DNA from: Octopus bimaculoides
Taxonomy: Eukaryota
Assembly: GCF_001194135.2 (NCBI RefSeq)
Contig: NC_068982.1
Coordinates: 37,083,127-37,147,126 of the forward strand
Direction: 5' to 3'
DNA length: 64,000 nt
Position 1 is the stretch's first letter. Each line of letters starts with the position of its first letter. Of the stretch, positions 13,701 to 27,008 are shown piece by piece. A program made the position numbers and the translations under genes. Below the pieces are notes generated by a model. That model worked only from the letters and a program-made list of their open reading frames with translations. It made no database searches and had not been told where the DNA came from.

Positions 13701-16499
13701 TGGATTGCTATAATTATTACTTATGGTATTTTGAATTTTCTGGTTTAATGAAAGTTATACTAAAATGTTGATATAATGTTCTGACATAGATTGCTGATAT
13801 GTCTTTGTATTCAACTTTGATTGATTATGAAGTTAAAATAGTGTTGTGATGTAGAGTTGACTGTGGCACTTGTTATTGCACATTTAGGATATAATTGAGG
13901 AAAATGTTATGATATACATATTGAGATTAAAGATGTGAAATTGATAAGCCAGATTCTTTTAAGAAACAGTAATTTTAGGATATCTTATTGATAAGTCATG
14001 ATCCTTTAGTTCTTCATTTTATTCTCTAAAATAGTTCACTTGCTCTCATCTAATCCTTATCAAGTCTATTTTAAAAGCTTGTCAAAAGGTTTAATGTCCT
14101 TAGAAGTACTTGACCAGCCATTGTTGTTGCTCAAGGAATTGTAGAGCAGCAAGAAATTATTGAAAGCTAAACTTAATGGACTTCAAGCAGTTAGAGTGTG
14201 TGCGTGTACATGAGAGAGGGAAGGAGAATATTTCTGTGTTAACTGATGCATATTGTTACATGTTCGTTTGTAGTTAGTTAAGATTGCAGTTCATTAGAAA
14301 CATGGAACGCAACAATACATTCTAGAGAATGAGCAAAGCATTCTGAATAGACAGTCTTTAATACAATTTCCTTATAACAATCAGATGACTAGCAGAATTT
14401 TAGTTCTGATGGCTTTTGCAATTACCTATAAATTCTTTCTTTCTCAAAGGTTTATTTTCCTGCTTGTTTTATTCTGCAAGCTTAATTAGGAATGGCAAAA
14501 TATTGTTTCCTTGCATTCATTTCTTCATAATTAATTAACACATTTTCCCAGACAAAGCCTATGTACGGAATGTTCCATTTTTGTTAACAACATTTTGTTT
14601 TTTACCTTTTTCCTAGTTTATCAGTATTAATTGTGAATTAAGAGTATGAATTGCTTGCTAAAGAAAAGAGAATTGATAAATTCATACCATTAGTAATTTC
14701 ATTAGTCTTTTTTTCATCCTAAAAGTAATTGTCATTTAAACACCTGATATAGCTGAATCAATATTGTTAACAAGTAGTTTTATCAGATCTGATAAGTTTG
14801 AAACAATTACATACAGCTTGGATTTTTTTCTCCATTATATTTCTATATATATTGGGTTTTCCATCAAAGCAAATATTAGCTTTGGGTGTGTATCCACTGT
14901 GTAACCTTGATAATGCTATGAGATATAGACTTTGTATAAGTTTATGTATTTGCATCTGTGTGTGTGTTGCTTTTTTCTTTTATTTAATGAAGAAATCTAT
15001 GTGTATTTTTTTCGCCAAGTTAATTTTTTCTTCATCAATTTTTAAAACATTTAAATGTGTACATCTAAAAAAAGAAAATTAAAACAATTACATAGTGTCT
15101 TTTTTTGTGTGGAAATTATTTGATTATATGGAATTTGAACAATGAGTTTTGTGATTGCTGGCATTATGAAATTAAAACTTTCTTTTTTTTTTATGTAGTA
15201 CATCAATGCTTTTACATTTACATTTTTGGTTTGTATCTATCAATAGGTCTTCCTAATTTTTCTCAGATATTTATATGAATGTTGCCTTTACTGGTTTCTG
15301 AAGCCTATTTCAACAAGCATATCTTATTTGGATGACATACAAAATGTAAACTCTTTGTCAGTCATTTACTAATTTAATTTTTGTATTAGTATTTGTATTA
15401 GTTTAGTGTCTACTTCTTACTTATGAAAGATACAAACTGTTTACAATATTATTATTTATTTATAGATATTCATTTCTAAGTGAATTCTTTAAATAGTTTA
15501 ATAATCATACATTATTATTTTTACTTTAAACACCAAGCATTTCAGAAAAGGTTACCTGCCCATATACCTGTCACTTTATAAACACTAATTTTAGGCATCA
15601 CTCATATTTTTTTTATGATTTGTGGAATGATTGTCTTAAAATACAGTGCAAATTTAAGTAAACTATTCATCTAATTAATGGAACAATAACTATTTTCTTT
15701 ATTATACACCATACCCAAGGATTATTATTATTAATTATGATAATATAATGATAGTAATAATAATATTCTCATCATCCTCATTATCATCACTATAACGAGT
15801 TAATCATATGTGGTTCTAAAGCTCTCTTTATTCTTATATCACATTGTAAAGTAAGAAACCAACTGCAACTATCTTAGCTAGAAAAACAAGCTTAAGCCGA
15901 ATGATAAAAAGTATCAGTAGAATTTACTCTAGAGATCTATCAATGGGCACTTTTAGCTAAAAATAGCTTTTCTTTTCTGATATCATATGTCTGCAAGCAA
16001 GAAGTAGTGCATCGTTGATTCAACCACATAAAGTTTTTATGATAATGTATTTTTCTATTTATTTTGCTACTAGAATAGGTTATATGAAAAGAAACTTTAA
16101 CATTTTGACTGTATATCATCCTCAAACATTACACATATCTTTCTCATGTTTCTAAATCAAATTGTTTTGTCACTTCTGTCTTTCAAGAATTTCTTGATAT
16201 TATAGATAAACTTCTCCCACAGTATGGGAGAACAGATGTTAAGACTTGATTTATGCTACAAAGATTGCTTTCTTTTGTAAATATAAATTGTGCATTCTCA
16301 TTTATGTAACAACCTTAATTGAATGACATCACTTAATTGAATTGTTCATCTTGTATCTTCTGATTCATGTAGTTCCTCTTCATTATTTACATAATCTTTC
16401 TGTGTTTCCTTTCTCTCTACTCATTTCTCTTAACAATCTAGATCAAGATAGATGTGAGATTTTGTGTGTGCATGTGTGACCATCAATATGGTCACACAC

Positions 16500-17340
16500 G
16501 CACATTTTCTATCTGCTTTGCCTTGCTTGTAAGAATTGGATGGGCTTTCTCCAAGCATAGCACCTCACCATTTGTTCCAAACGCTTGTCATCATCATATG
16601 TTTCAGCCTTCCAAGATAAGCCTTCACTTCCGTCATATCTTCCTTGTTGTTCCTCTTAAGCATCTTCCTTCCACTACATTTGGCACTTCTTTACCTTTTT
16701 CTTATACATATCACATGCCTGTACAAACAGTCCTCTTTTGCACACACCTGATTCTTTTTATACTCAGGTTTTTTTCTCAGCTCATTTGTGCTCTGTCATT
16801 CTTGTACACTCACATTACACGTCTAGCAGAACATGATAACCTTATTTCTTTCCAGCTCTCACCCATCCTCTGCATTCAATACCTGTATTATGCTACCATG
16901 CAATATCACGCCTCATACTCTTCATACACAAACATCATACAGTCTGCATTTCACATGGAGAAAGAATCTTTTGTTGCTAACAGAAGTAATATCTCTTGAA
17001 CTTTTTCCACCCCATTCTAATCTAGCTACTATGTATTTGGAACACCCACCTTCACTGCCAATTAGGTCACCTGGATAGCAGGAGCTAGCAACTATTTCTA
17101 GGGAGCCATCTAGGCATTTGAAGGAATTTATTTCACGAATGCTCTTATTGCTAAGTTCCCCTGTGCATTTCCTTCTCTATCAGCCCCACTATATCCTTGT
17201 GCACCCATAATTTACATTTGATATACTGTATGGAATTCCTACCTACTCCGGTTTTTTTTTGTTTTTTTTTACATATTAATCATAGCCACTTTTTTACATA
17301 TTAATCATAGCCACTTCCCAGATAACTGTAGAGCTCTATT
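16500..17340 (-). mobile_element. Decayed RTE-clade LINE, 3' portion
   Basis: Minus-strand GVGRNSIQYIKCKLWVHK, LEIVASSCYPGDLIGSEGGC and KCRLYDVCV..ILHGS. 17110-17240 is visibly homologous to 10010-10140. Confidence 0.75.
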
Positions 17341-17599
17341 TTCATGCTTACTAAACTTTTGTCTTTACTAAGTTTACTTAGGAGACATAGTTTTGCTTTT
17401 TTTTTTTTACAGTTTCTTCTCTAACTCTTAAACAGCTCTGTGAATAATACAGTGGCATACAGGATTTTTCACATACATATGATGTATATGTTGGTGTATA
17501 TGTTACTGTAAGAAGTTGCATGTGTATGCATACATGTACATAGGTTTATGTGTATTTATGCTCATAGGGCACGGGACTTTTTGCACCTACAACCCTCAG

Positions 17600-17945
17600 T
17601 TGCTTGTGGCAAGATCAAATGTAGCCAGTACATTGTTTGGTTGTTGATAGTAAGGTTTCCAGTTGTGGAAACCACACCAAAAGAATGCAATGAGATATGG
17701 ACATTACAATTTGCAAGGTACCCACCTAGGAGAGGAGTTACAAATGCTGTGTAAAGAGGAATCTGTAATCCTCTTTACTGCTGGTGGACTGATAAAATAT
17801 GCCATATTCACACCGTGAGACAAGACACAAATTTGGCTGGTTTTCTTAGTTAGAGTGTGTGCCATATGACACAGACCATGACAGGTGATAAGACTCATCC
17901 AAACCAAGCCAGCTTGGAAAACAAAAGTAAAATGATAATGAACAT
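17600..17945 (+). mobile_element. Degenerate RTE LINE 3' end
   Basis: MRYGH-like remnant followed by a decayed 3' tail (ccaaaccaagccagcttggaaaac...atgataatga) like the SINE/RTE tails elsewhere in the window. Confidence 0.45.
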
Positions 17946-18200
17946 TATCATGTGTGTGTGTATGTGAGTAAATATACATAAATTATCCAGTATCTGGAAA
18001 CTCTTTATAATCACAGTAATAACTTAAGTAAAAAGAAACATTTTCAAACTGAAAATTAAGAAACCAAATAAGTAAACTGATATGAAATTGAAACAAGTTT
18101 AAAATGAGGAAAAGGAGGTGAAAAATGAAATAAATTAAAATGCCATCACTCATGAGGGGGTTAATGAAATTGATGTTTAGATTTTTGTTAGTTTGACATA

Positions 18201-19495
18201 CCGTAAAAACCAATGTAATTTACTCACTTTTTTTTTTCGCAAAAATAGAAATAAGCTTTAGGGGGTGCGTAAATTACATGAGTAGATTGTTTCCAGAATT
18301 TTTTTGAAATTATTTTTGTTGAATAAAGATGTACAAAAGGTAAACATTCATACCGGAAGTTGACTCATTTAATGTCAGAATAGGGTTTTGCAAAAAAAAT
18401 AATGACTTAAATATAATGAAGTTGACTTTTATTTATGCTGGATGGTATAATGCTTACTTTTTCTGTATAAATTTACTAAAACCATTAAATGGTTAACTAC
18501 TTTTTGAAGTCTGGCGTTCATTGCTGGTAAACACAGTCTGGGCCATATTTTACATTGCTTGGAGTTTCTACCAATCACAATGGAGCACCATTAACATACA
18601 TAATAATATGGATATTCCTGACTGAAAAAACTGTAATGATATAGATAATTTTGATTGTTTTTATTTTTGTTTGTTTATTACTAGGCATAGTTTTAAGTTT
18701 GTCATACTGTTTACACCAATTTCAAACATTGTCTTCATTAACATTAAAATGCCTTCCGGCAGCTCTATCGCCACGTTCAAATGCATATTGGACATATTTG
18801 ATTTCTCCTTCACAGTAAGCAATTCATAAGTTCTGCCCATACTGACAATAATGGTAATGACAAATTTTTAAGTTTGCTTGACATTTTGTAAGTGTTAAAG
18901 GGACTAATATTTCGATACTCCATATGAAAGATTCTGACAAGAGTAGGCAGAAAATTCTGTTTATATATTCAGTTTGATCAGTCACCTTCCTTTGTCAGTT
19001 GAGTAAAGTGTCATTCAAGCTGATGTTTATTGATAATTAAACTTAATTGGCAACACCTGTGCATATTTATCAGCTTTATTTTTGTTGGTAATTCTCATCA
19101 ACAACTTTTCTTGAGATCGTGATTTGAGAAAACATACAGCAGTATGCTAAAGATTGGACAAGAAATTTTTATTTTACATTTCTTGTGGACAAGAAATGTA
19201 AAATAAAGTTTATTATAAACAACACAAATACTTTGTAATTTAATAGCTTTCAATGTGATACCTGTTAAACAGAAATTATTTTTATTGAATGAAAATTTAA
19301 TAAAATCTAATCATAAGTAAGTGAAATTATGCTAAATACAACTAAATTGAAAACTTTTTTCCCCTGGCTATATTGGCAATTCTGAAAACTTCTGAGTGCA
19401 AATTTTACATAAGTAGAAGCTTTTTTTAGCAAATTTGATCTTGAAAATCACCTGCGTAAATTACACAGGTGTGCAAATTACATGGGTTTTTACAG
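18201..19495 (-). mobile_element. Decayed pogo/Tc2-like DNA transposon
   Basis: TA flanks at 18199-18200 and 19496-19497. TIRs: CCGTAAAAACCAATGTAATTT vs reverse-complemented right end CTGTAAAAACCCATGTAATTT. Subterminal repeats of GTAAATTACA. Minus-strand HTH remnant at ~18718-18810: EIKYVQYAFERGDRAAGRHFNVNEDNV*NW. Confidence 0.8.
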
Positions 19496-20921
19496 TAACC
19501 ATTGACAATAACTGAGAACAAGCAATTTCAAATGGTTTTGTTGTAGATAACTGGCCAAAGATGAAAATCAGACCAGTGGGCTGTGGGTTTGGTTAGGCAA
19601 CATTTTGTAGCATTGCATCATTTGGTATTTTTCCAGTAGTTTGAATATTTATTTAATGATTATTTCAGTGGTAAAGTATGAAATACGTTTGAGACAATAA
19701 GTAGCACTAGTAATGAAACTGGTATATATGTAAATTATCAGACAGTTCTAATTGTGATTAAGGCTTCAGTATACTGACCTGATCTATGAGTAGTGATAAT
19801 TAAGTATTTGTTGAGGAAACTAGTGAGAGAAAAGGTGTAGAGTAAACATGGAGGTTTGACAGTAAGATTTAGATTTTTGTATTGAAAACGGCAGATGTGC
19901 CTTTGTTGAAGCTGTTAGATAAGTATCTGACATCTTCACATCTGAATGTATTAAAATTTAAAGGTGTAAAATTGCACTGTCTCATTTAAGTGTTAACTTT
20001 AATTAGATAATATCATCTTGTTGGTTATTCTTCTTGTGTCATCTCATCTTGTTTTGGTTTTTATATGATTTGATTATTCATGCAAACTATTTCCATGTGC
20101 ATGTATGTTTGTTTGTACATATACATAGATTTTAGAGTTTGGTTAGATGTGTAGCTGGAATAGAATATGAGACAGTATATAGATCATTCAAAATGGAAAA
20201 ACATTTCTACATGAAACTGTATCACTTCAAGGCAATTGACAAAGCTAGAAGTAATTGTGGATATGAAAACTTCTACCAGTGGAAACCATAAGGAGATAAT
20301 AAAAAAAATCAAAACTTTGTAAGAGAAACAGCAAAAGAAGTGTTTCAGTTAGTCTAAATGGAAATTTTCTTTTTATATTTGGGTGAGTAAAATATGCGGT
20401 AGGATTCCGTATTCAATATTTTGACAGAAATTGCTTTGAAGATTGTAGTGAGAATGATTAGTTTGGAAACTGTTTGGTGTATTTGTGTATAAAAATGTGT
20501 AGCCTTGTAAATGTTTTGTCATTGTACTAATATTTATATATGTATATAGATGCATATCTTTCTGTATTAATATGTTCTTTGGAATACTGTGTTACTTTGT
20601 TCATTACATATTCAGTTTTGTGTGTGCGTGTGTGTTGATTGATTATTATAGTAAGCAAAATAATTTTTGTTGAAATGAGAAGGCAGTTAAGTGTAAAAAT
20701 GTGAGGGATGTGACTATATTGATGAGGATAGATAATACAATCTGGGTAGATATGATATTTGGTAGAAACTGGCAAAGATTAGGTCTAAAGATGAAGGCTG
20801 GTGACTCATGGGCTTGTAAATCCATTCATTCAGCACGTTTTATCTTGATGATAATTTTATGTATATGTAATTGTGTGCTGTGTTTTGTTCATTCGTTTTA
20901 TGCCCATTTTCAAATACTAAG

Positions 20922-20954
<33 letters not shown>

Positions 20955-23206
20955 CATGTACATATACATGTACTTTGATGACAAACAAATCAATACATGA
21001 ATGAAAAATTTGCTTTTGCTTTTCTTTATACTTAATGTAGTCTATACTATTAAAGTTTAATAAAACTTGGTGTTGCTCATGTAGATAGTTTACACATAAA
21101 ATAAAAATATGATTGGGTTTATGTATTTTTACTTTTTGTGGGGGGATAATGTTAATATAAAATCAAAGACTTAACCTATGATTTGACAGGTACCTTATCG
21201 AAATATGCCGTTCAATGAGCACCAATATTTTAGATAAATATCTTTTTCAGTGTTAGTTTTTATGCCTCATCAATCATGCCATAAATAACAAATAGACAAA
21301 TGAGGATGTTGAAAAAAAAAAAACATCAAGTTTTATTACATTAGTTCTTTAAAGATAGAAACTACTACTTGACCAAGAATTTTGCTCAAGTTCAAAATTT
21401 ATTTTTCTAGAACTTATTTCTTACAGTTTGATGTGAAATGATAATTTAGTAGAACTTAATTGCAAACAACTTTCAAGCTGGCTTTTATAGTCTGTAGATT
21501 TATTTGAAAGCTCAGTTTTTCTCATAATTTGTAATAAACAAAGTATAAACAGTTGAAGCACAAATTCAAATTTTATAGTACATGTTTGGAACATAGCTGT
21601 GTTTTACAAAAGATCACTACTTTAAGAATATACATATATAGTTTGATGGTAATTAACTTCCTTAGTCAGGTGGCAGGGTAGCATTTTCATTGCTATAACC
21701 CTATTAAATAAATCAAATAAAAGGTATGAATATTTTGAATGTGAGATATGAATATTTTGATGTCATTAAATTTATTGACTACTGATGCACTTAAAATAGA
21801 TTTGTCACATAAATATGAAATTGAATGTATCATATACAGTTATGCTATTGAAAATAACCAGTTTCAAGGCATTAATAATTGCAATCTTCCTTTCTTATTT
21901 GTTAATGATGTTCCACGTGATAACACTGGTACTATTTGCTATTGGTCTTGAGAAGGAAAAGTGCTGAGATAAACCATCATATGCCATTTGTTGTCTGGAA
22001 GAAATTATCAATAATAAAATGGCTAAAACTTATCATAGCATAGCAAAAAGTGATTTATTTAAAACTGTGATATAGTTTCCTGCTGTTAATCCCATTACAC
22101 TATCTTAGAATCAAACTGTAAAGTCAAGAGTTCCATTATATCTTTTGGAGAAAGGGGTAAATTGCAACAGAAATATGCACTCTAATTCCTATATTCAGGT
22201 ATCTTTTGAGCTGACTCAATAATATACTGCAAACTTATTTTTTCCAGAAATTTTTATGTTGAAATGATAATTAAAAATACAAAATAACATAGATATGCAG
22301 ATTTTTGGATGTAAGTTCCTATATCAAATCCTAACGTGTTAAACCTAATATTTCTTATACCCCACAATGGTATATTTCAAATTTTGTATGAAACCTCTCA
22401 AAATATATCATATGAAACCATTCTGTACAAACAAAAGCTTATTTTAAAATGTTAGTTTTCATACATTATCAAATTTCTTATAAATTTTCCTGAAAAATCT
22501 TTTATATTTAACTCATAGTAATGACAATCTATTTAAAGATTAAAAGTTATTTTGCAGGTACTAGTCATATTTACTGACCTGATCCATCTTCCTGCATATT
22601 AAATAAAGCATTTCCTCTATTACATATAGGATTGTGTAACATAAAAGAAACAAATTATCTAAAATGTTTTTTCAGAAAATAACCTCTTATTTTGTTATTG
22701 AGCCATATCTGCCTTTTCTCTTTCATCTCTCAAAACTGCTTCTCGGCACTTTGTGGTTTCATGGCAACATGATTAATTAGTTATTAATTCAAACACAAAT
22801 TCTCTAGTTTTGTTTCATCAGCTTACCTAAGATTTATGTAGCTAAATTCAAAGTGTTATTTCTGTAAATGCACTAATTATCCTGTTTGTTATTAGTTTCA
22901 TTCCAGGGTAATATTTTAAAATTGTTTATTTTCTGAACAGTTTGCTTGCTTATATTAATAAGTTGAGAGTATCTGTTTGTTGTCTACTGTAACTAGTTTT
23001 GATACTTCTGCTTAAATCCAGGTTAATGACTGCAATTCAGCACCATAACCAAGTGAAGTATTGTACTTGACACTAGCCTAAATATTAAGAAATATAGAAA
23101 TATTCTCCTAATAGTAAGATGTCAATCAATATTCCATATGAAAATATGCAAACAAATGACTATCATGTAGAAAATAGTCACTCTTTTCTTCCTAGTCTTT
23201 ATTTCA

Positions 23207-23238
<32 letters not shown>

Positions 23239-23239
23239 T

Positions 23240-23430
23240 CGTGCTGGTGGCATGTAAAAAGCACCATCCGAACGTGGTCAATGCTGTGTCAATGGCACGT
23301 AGAAAGCACCCACTACACTCTTGGAGTGGTTGGCATTAGGAAGAGCATCTAGCTGTAGAAACTTTGCCAGATTAGTTAAACTGTCCAACCCATGCTAGCA
23401 TGGAAAATAGACGTTAAATGTTGATGATAG
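23240..23430 (+). mobile_element. SINE/RTE-tail copy after a (TA)n tract
   Basis: gtgctggtggcatgtaaaaagcacc...ccaacccatgctagcatggaaaatagacgttaaatg. Confidence 0.7.
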
Positions 23431-24139
23431 AATGAAATAAAATAAGAATAAGGGTTCTTTTTTAAAGTTAGAATAAGGCTAATTTGGAATATTTCTGAAG
23501 TTCTATTACAATACATTTATCAGAGGCAAATTTAGATGATGAACAGAGAAACCTAGTTTATGAAATATAGGTTTGGTGAAGTATTCTTGAGAATTATTTG
23601 AAGACATTACATATTTTCTCTCCAGTGAAAGGCAACAGCTTTGGCATGCTTTGATGTTAGAAATATAAGCCACTTAAAACTTCCTTGTGTGTAGTCAAGC
23701 AACTGAAGATTCCTAACTATGCAATGCAACAACCAAATTTTCCTCCACATGTTACCATTTTTAAAATACTGGCCATGTAGCAACTAAAACTCCTGAACAA
23801 AATGTTTAACAGAAAGTATCTATTAATCAATTTGAGATTATATTTTAGGATTACTTCAGTACAATTCTACTTTGATTGTTAGTCTCTTCACTTAAGTCTC
23901 TAGCTCATCGTTGGATCTGTTGAATATATTTAGACACAGTTGTTATGTTATTAAGTTCAAATCTTACTACAACTATAAGGTTATAATCCTGAGTATTTGC
24001 ACATAACTCTACTTGTATTACTCTGAAACTCTTGGAGAAGAATAAGAGTCTGAGGTATGACTCCATCATTTGTTTATTCAACCATAGGCTATTTTAGCAA
24101 ATAAAAGATATAAGGTATCAGGGAAGGTTAGGATAAGAA

Positions 24140-24530
24140 GTGAGGCAATAAGAATGTTTAATAGCAAAGGGGATGTGGTCACATGGCTAAAGAAAGCGAA
24201 ATTTGTTGGGAGATAGCTGGGAATGTTGCAAAGTTTATACTATTTTATCTGGAGGGATAAGCATTATATTTGCATTGTAGTTAGAGATGAGAGAAGACAT
24301 CCAATTAAATATGATAAAAGTAGAAACTACACTGAATAAGGCTTTCACAAGAAGGGTGGGATATGCTTTATATCCTTTAGTAGATTAGGAAGGGTTAAAG
24401 GGATTGAGAAACAAGGGGACATATATACTAATGAGTTTAGAAGGTCAGAAGGTTGACATATTTACCAGAGAGGCATTGGAAAAAGTGGTTAAATTTGGGT
24501 TTGTGATTGGTTCTGCTTATCACTTTACAG
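24140..24530 (+). mobile_element. Gypsy-type LTR retrotransposon gag remnant
   Basis: Frameshifted pieces IRMFNSKGDVVTWLKKAK, YLEG*AL, KVETTLNKAFT, DIYTNEFRR and EALEKVVKFGFVIG, in the order recalled for invertebrate gypsy gag. Confidence 0.6.
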
Positions 24531-26631
24531 TAGTACTGCTGCAGTTATTGGATATTGAAACTGTTGGCCTTAATTTTCTCAGCAATCTCCTATTTCAGTT
24601 AACATTTTCCATTACTTGTAATTTTCATTTTCTCTTTGCATTATCTTACGTAGTCTTTGATTAATAATAGTTGATACGATAAATTTTAAAATAGATTTTA
24701 TACTTCTTCAGTCTAATCTAAATTCACCTCATGAGTTTGATAGACATGAACAAATTATGAATATTAATATATACTTTTAATTAAATCGTCTTTGTTTTTA
24801 TTCTGTTTAATCGTATTTTTTATTATTTTATTCATTAGAGTTGTATGCAGAATTGACCATACCAAAGTAGTGGTATTCAAAACTGACTATACCAAGATAG
24901 TAGTAACCTTGCTCTCTTTTTTGGAGTCAGGTCATACAAAACATAGATAGTCCAGAAATGTTTGTTTCATTGATGGAGTATTGTGATATGAAGAATAAAT
25001 CTTTGCTGTAGAGGTAGCCATTTCAATATTTGTAAGCAGTGGTAAGATCCAACTTCTCATCATGGAATTACTCTGCACCATTTACCATTCTGTTGTATCT
25101 ATGAAATAAACTTGTTTGCTATTTTGTTTCTCAATGCAGAGGTTGATTTGTTTCATTTCAACTGTTAACTTGTTCTTGTGCTGTTACTACTAATGTCTAC
25201 ATCCTAGATACATTATACTGCCCAACATTGCTTAATATGTTTTCAAATACTAAAAACACAACACTTAGTGCTCAATAAATAAACCAAACACTTAATTACT
25301 GGCTCAAAATATACAATGACATAGTTTATAAATTTCAATTACTATGTTTAACTATCAAATAATTACATTAAGCCTTTTTCTCTCTTTTATTAGTATTATT
25401 ATTTTTGTACTTAGTTCTGTTTTTGAAAATACTGCTTTCTACTTGGAGAAACAACTTCATACTTTGAAGTTAATGTCCTGTTATGCACCTATTTGTAGAC
25501 AATTGCTTTGCGTTAGCCATTGATTCTAGTATCACAACAGTTTCTTTGAAATGTTCACACCAAACATCAGCAATATTAGATTTGTGATTAACAGTAAACT
25601 GAAACCTCTTTCTAACATTTGAGTTCTAATTCTTTTTGTATGGGGTCATTTTGACATTCTATTTTTTTTTTTAATATGGTATTTTCTTTTTTACCAAATT
25701 TATTTCTTAGTTCCTTCTTAGTTTATATTAAAAGCATGTACCACTACTACCCCAGGTGTCCCACATTAGTTAAGCATTTACATTTTCATTATGCACCATT
25801 GCTCTTGTTTGTTGAACAGAAAAATATCGTTTACATTACAGACAAACAACTATTGAAAATTTTTGGAGCTGGTTTCTACAAAATATTTAGAAAATAACTT
25901 CTCGTCTTACTAATAACTTTCAAAACTATGATCATCTAATGAAGACATCTTTGAAATAGCTATTAATTCTTCTCAAAACATTTCCAAAACAGGTGAATAT
26001 AGTGTTGTCATTATTGGTAGCTTTCTCTTAAAACCTAGTAAGCCATTCCACTACAGAATAAAATGACTGTCTATTTTTGAATACATAGCCCTCCTGGGTA
26101 TGATTTATTAACATTTCTTGTGCTTCTCTTCATTTTCATGACATAATTATTATCATCACACCAATATCATATCTCCATGTTGATACATATTGAATGGGTC
26201 AGTAGCACAGCATACCTGTGTGTATCTTAGTTTTGTTTCATTTTAAACACATTCTGAACAGTTCTCATATATGCTAGCTATTCCTTCCTAGTTGTTTCTC
26301 ATTATACCTCTGATGTATCTTATGCCATCAACTCCATGCTGATTCTATTGTAGCTGTCTCTGTTACATACAATTTCTATGAGGATATGTACTAAATAACT
26401 CCTGCAAAGTAATATCAAGTGTTCACTAGACTTATTTTTCTCCAATAACTGTAGTTTCACTAATGTTTCACTACCATACATCATTGGATTTATCTATTAC
26501 CACTAGACTGCAGTGTATTAGTCTCAATATTTTTCCTATAGGTCAACAAATGTGAAATAGCTATACTTAACTAAGAACTCCTCTCGTAGTTGTTTTATCA
26601 TGAATAAAGGATCAAATTTACTGTCTGGTAA

Positions 26632-27008
26632 TTCTTTTACTTGTTTCAGTCATTTGACTGCAGCCATGCTGGAGCACAGACTTGAAGGGTTTTAGTCGAA
26701 CAAATCAACTTCAGGACTTATTTTTTGAGCCTAGTACTTATTCTATCAGTCCTTTTAGTTGAACTGCTAAGTTACAGGGAGGTAAAAACCCCAGCACCAG
26801 TTGTCAAGTGGGGATGGAGGGGGACAAACAAAGACACACACACACACATAGATATATACATACATATTATATATGATGGGCTTCTTTCAGTTTCTGTCTA
26901 CCAAATCCACTCACAAGGCTTTGGTCGGCCCAAGGCTATAGTAGAAGACACTTGCCCAAAACCATATGGTTGAGAAGCTAGCTTCTTAACACACAGCCAT
27001 GTCTGCGT
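26632..27008 (-). mobile_element. Near full-length tRNA-derived composite SINE
   Basis: Reverse-complement match to 30660-31048: tRNA-like head, gtagacagaaactgaaagaagccc core, CA/TA tract, gactgaaacaagtaaaag tail. Confidence 0.8.

Noticed and set aside
16454-16999. Longest plus-strand ORF in the track (181 aa)
   Set aside because: Antisense to a decayed RTE LINE; no protein-like features.
22756-22768. RFX X-box-like motif GTTTCATGGCAAC
   Set aside because: A single 13-bp variant with no supporting context; expected by chance in 64 kb.
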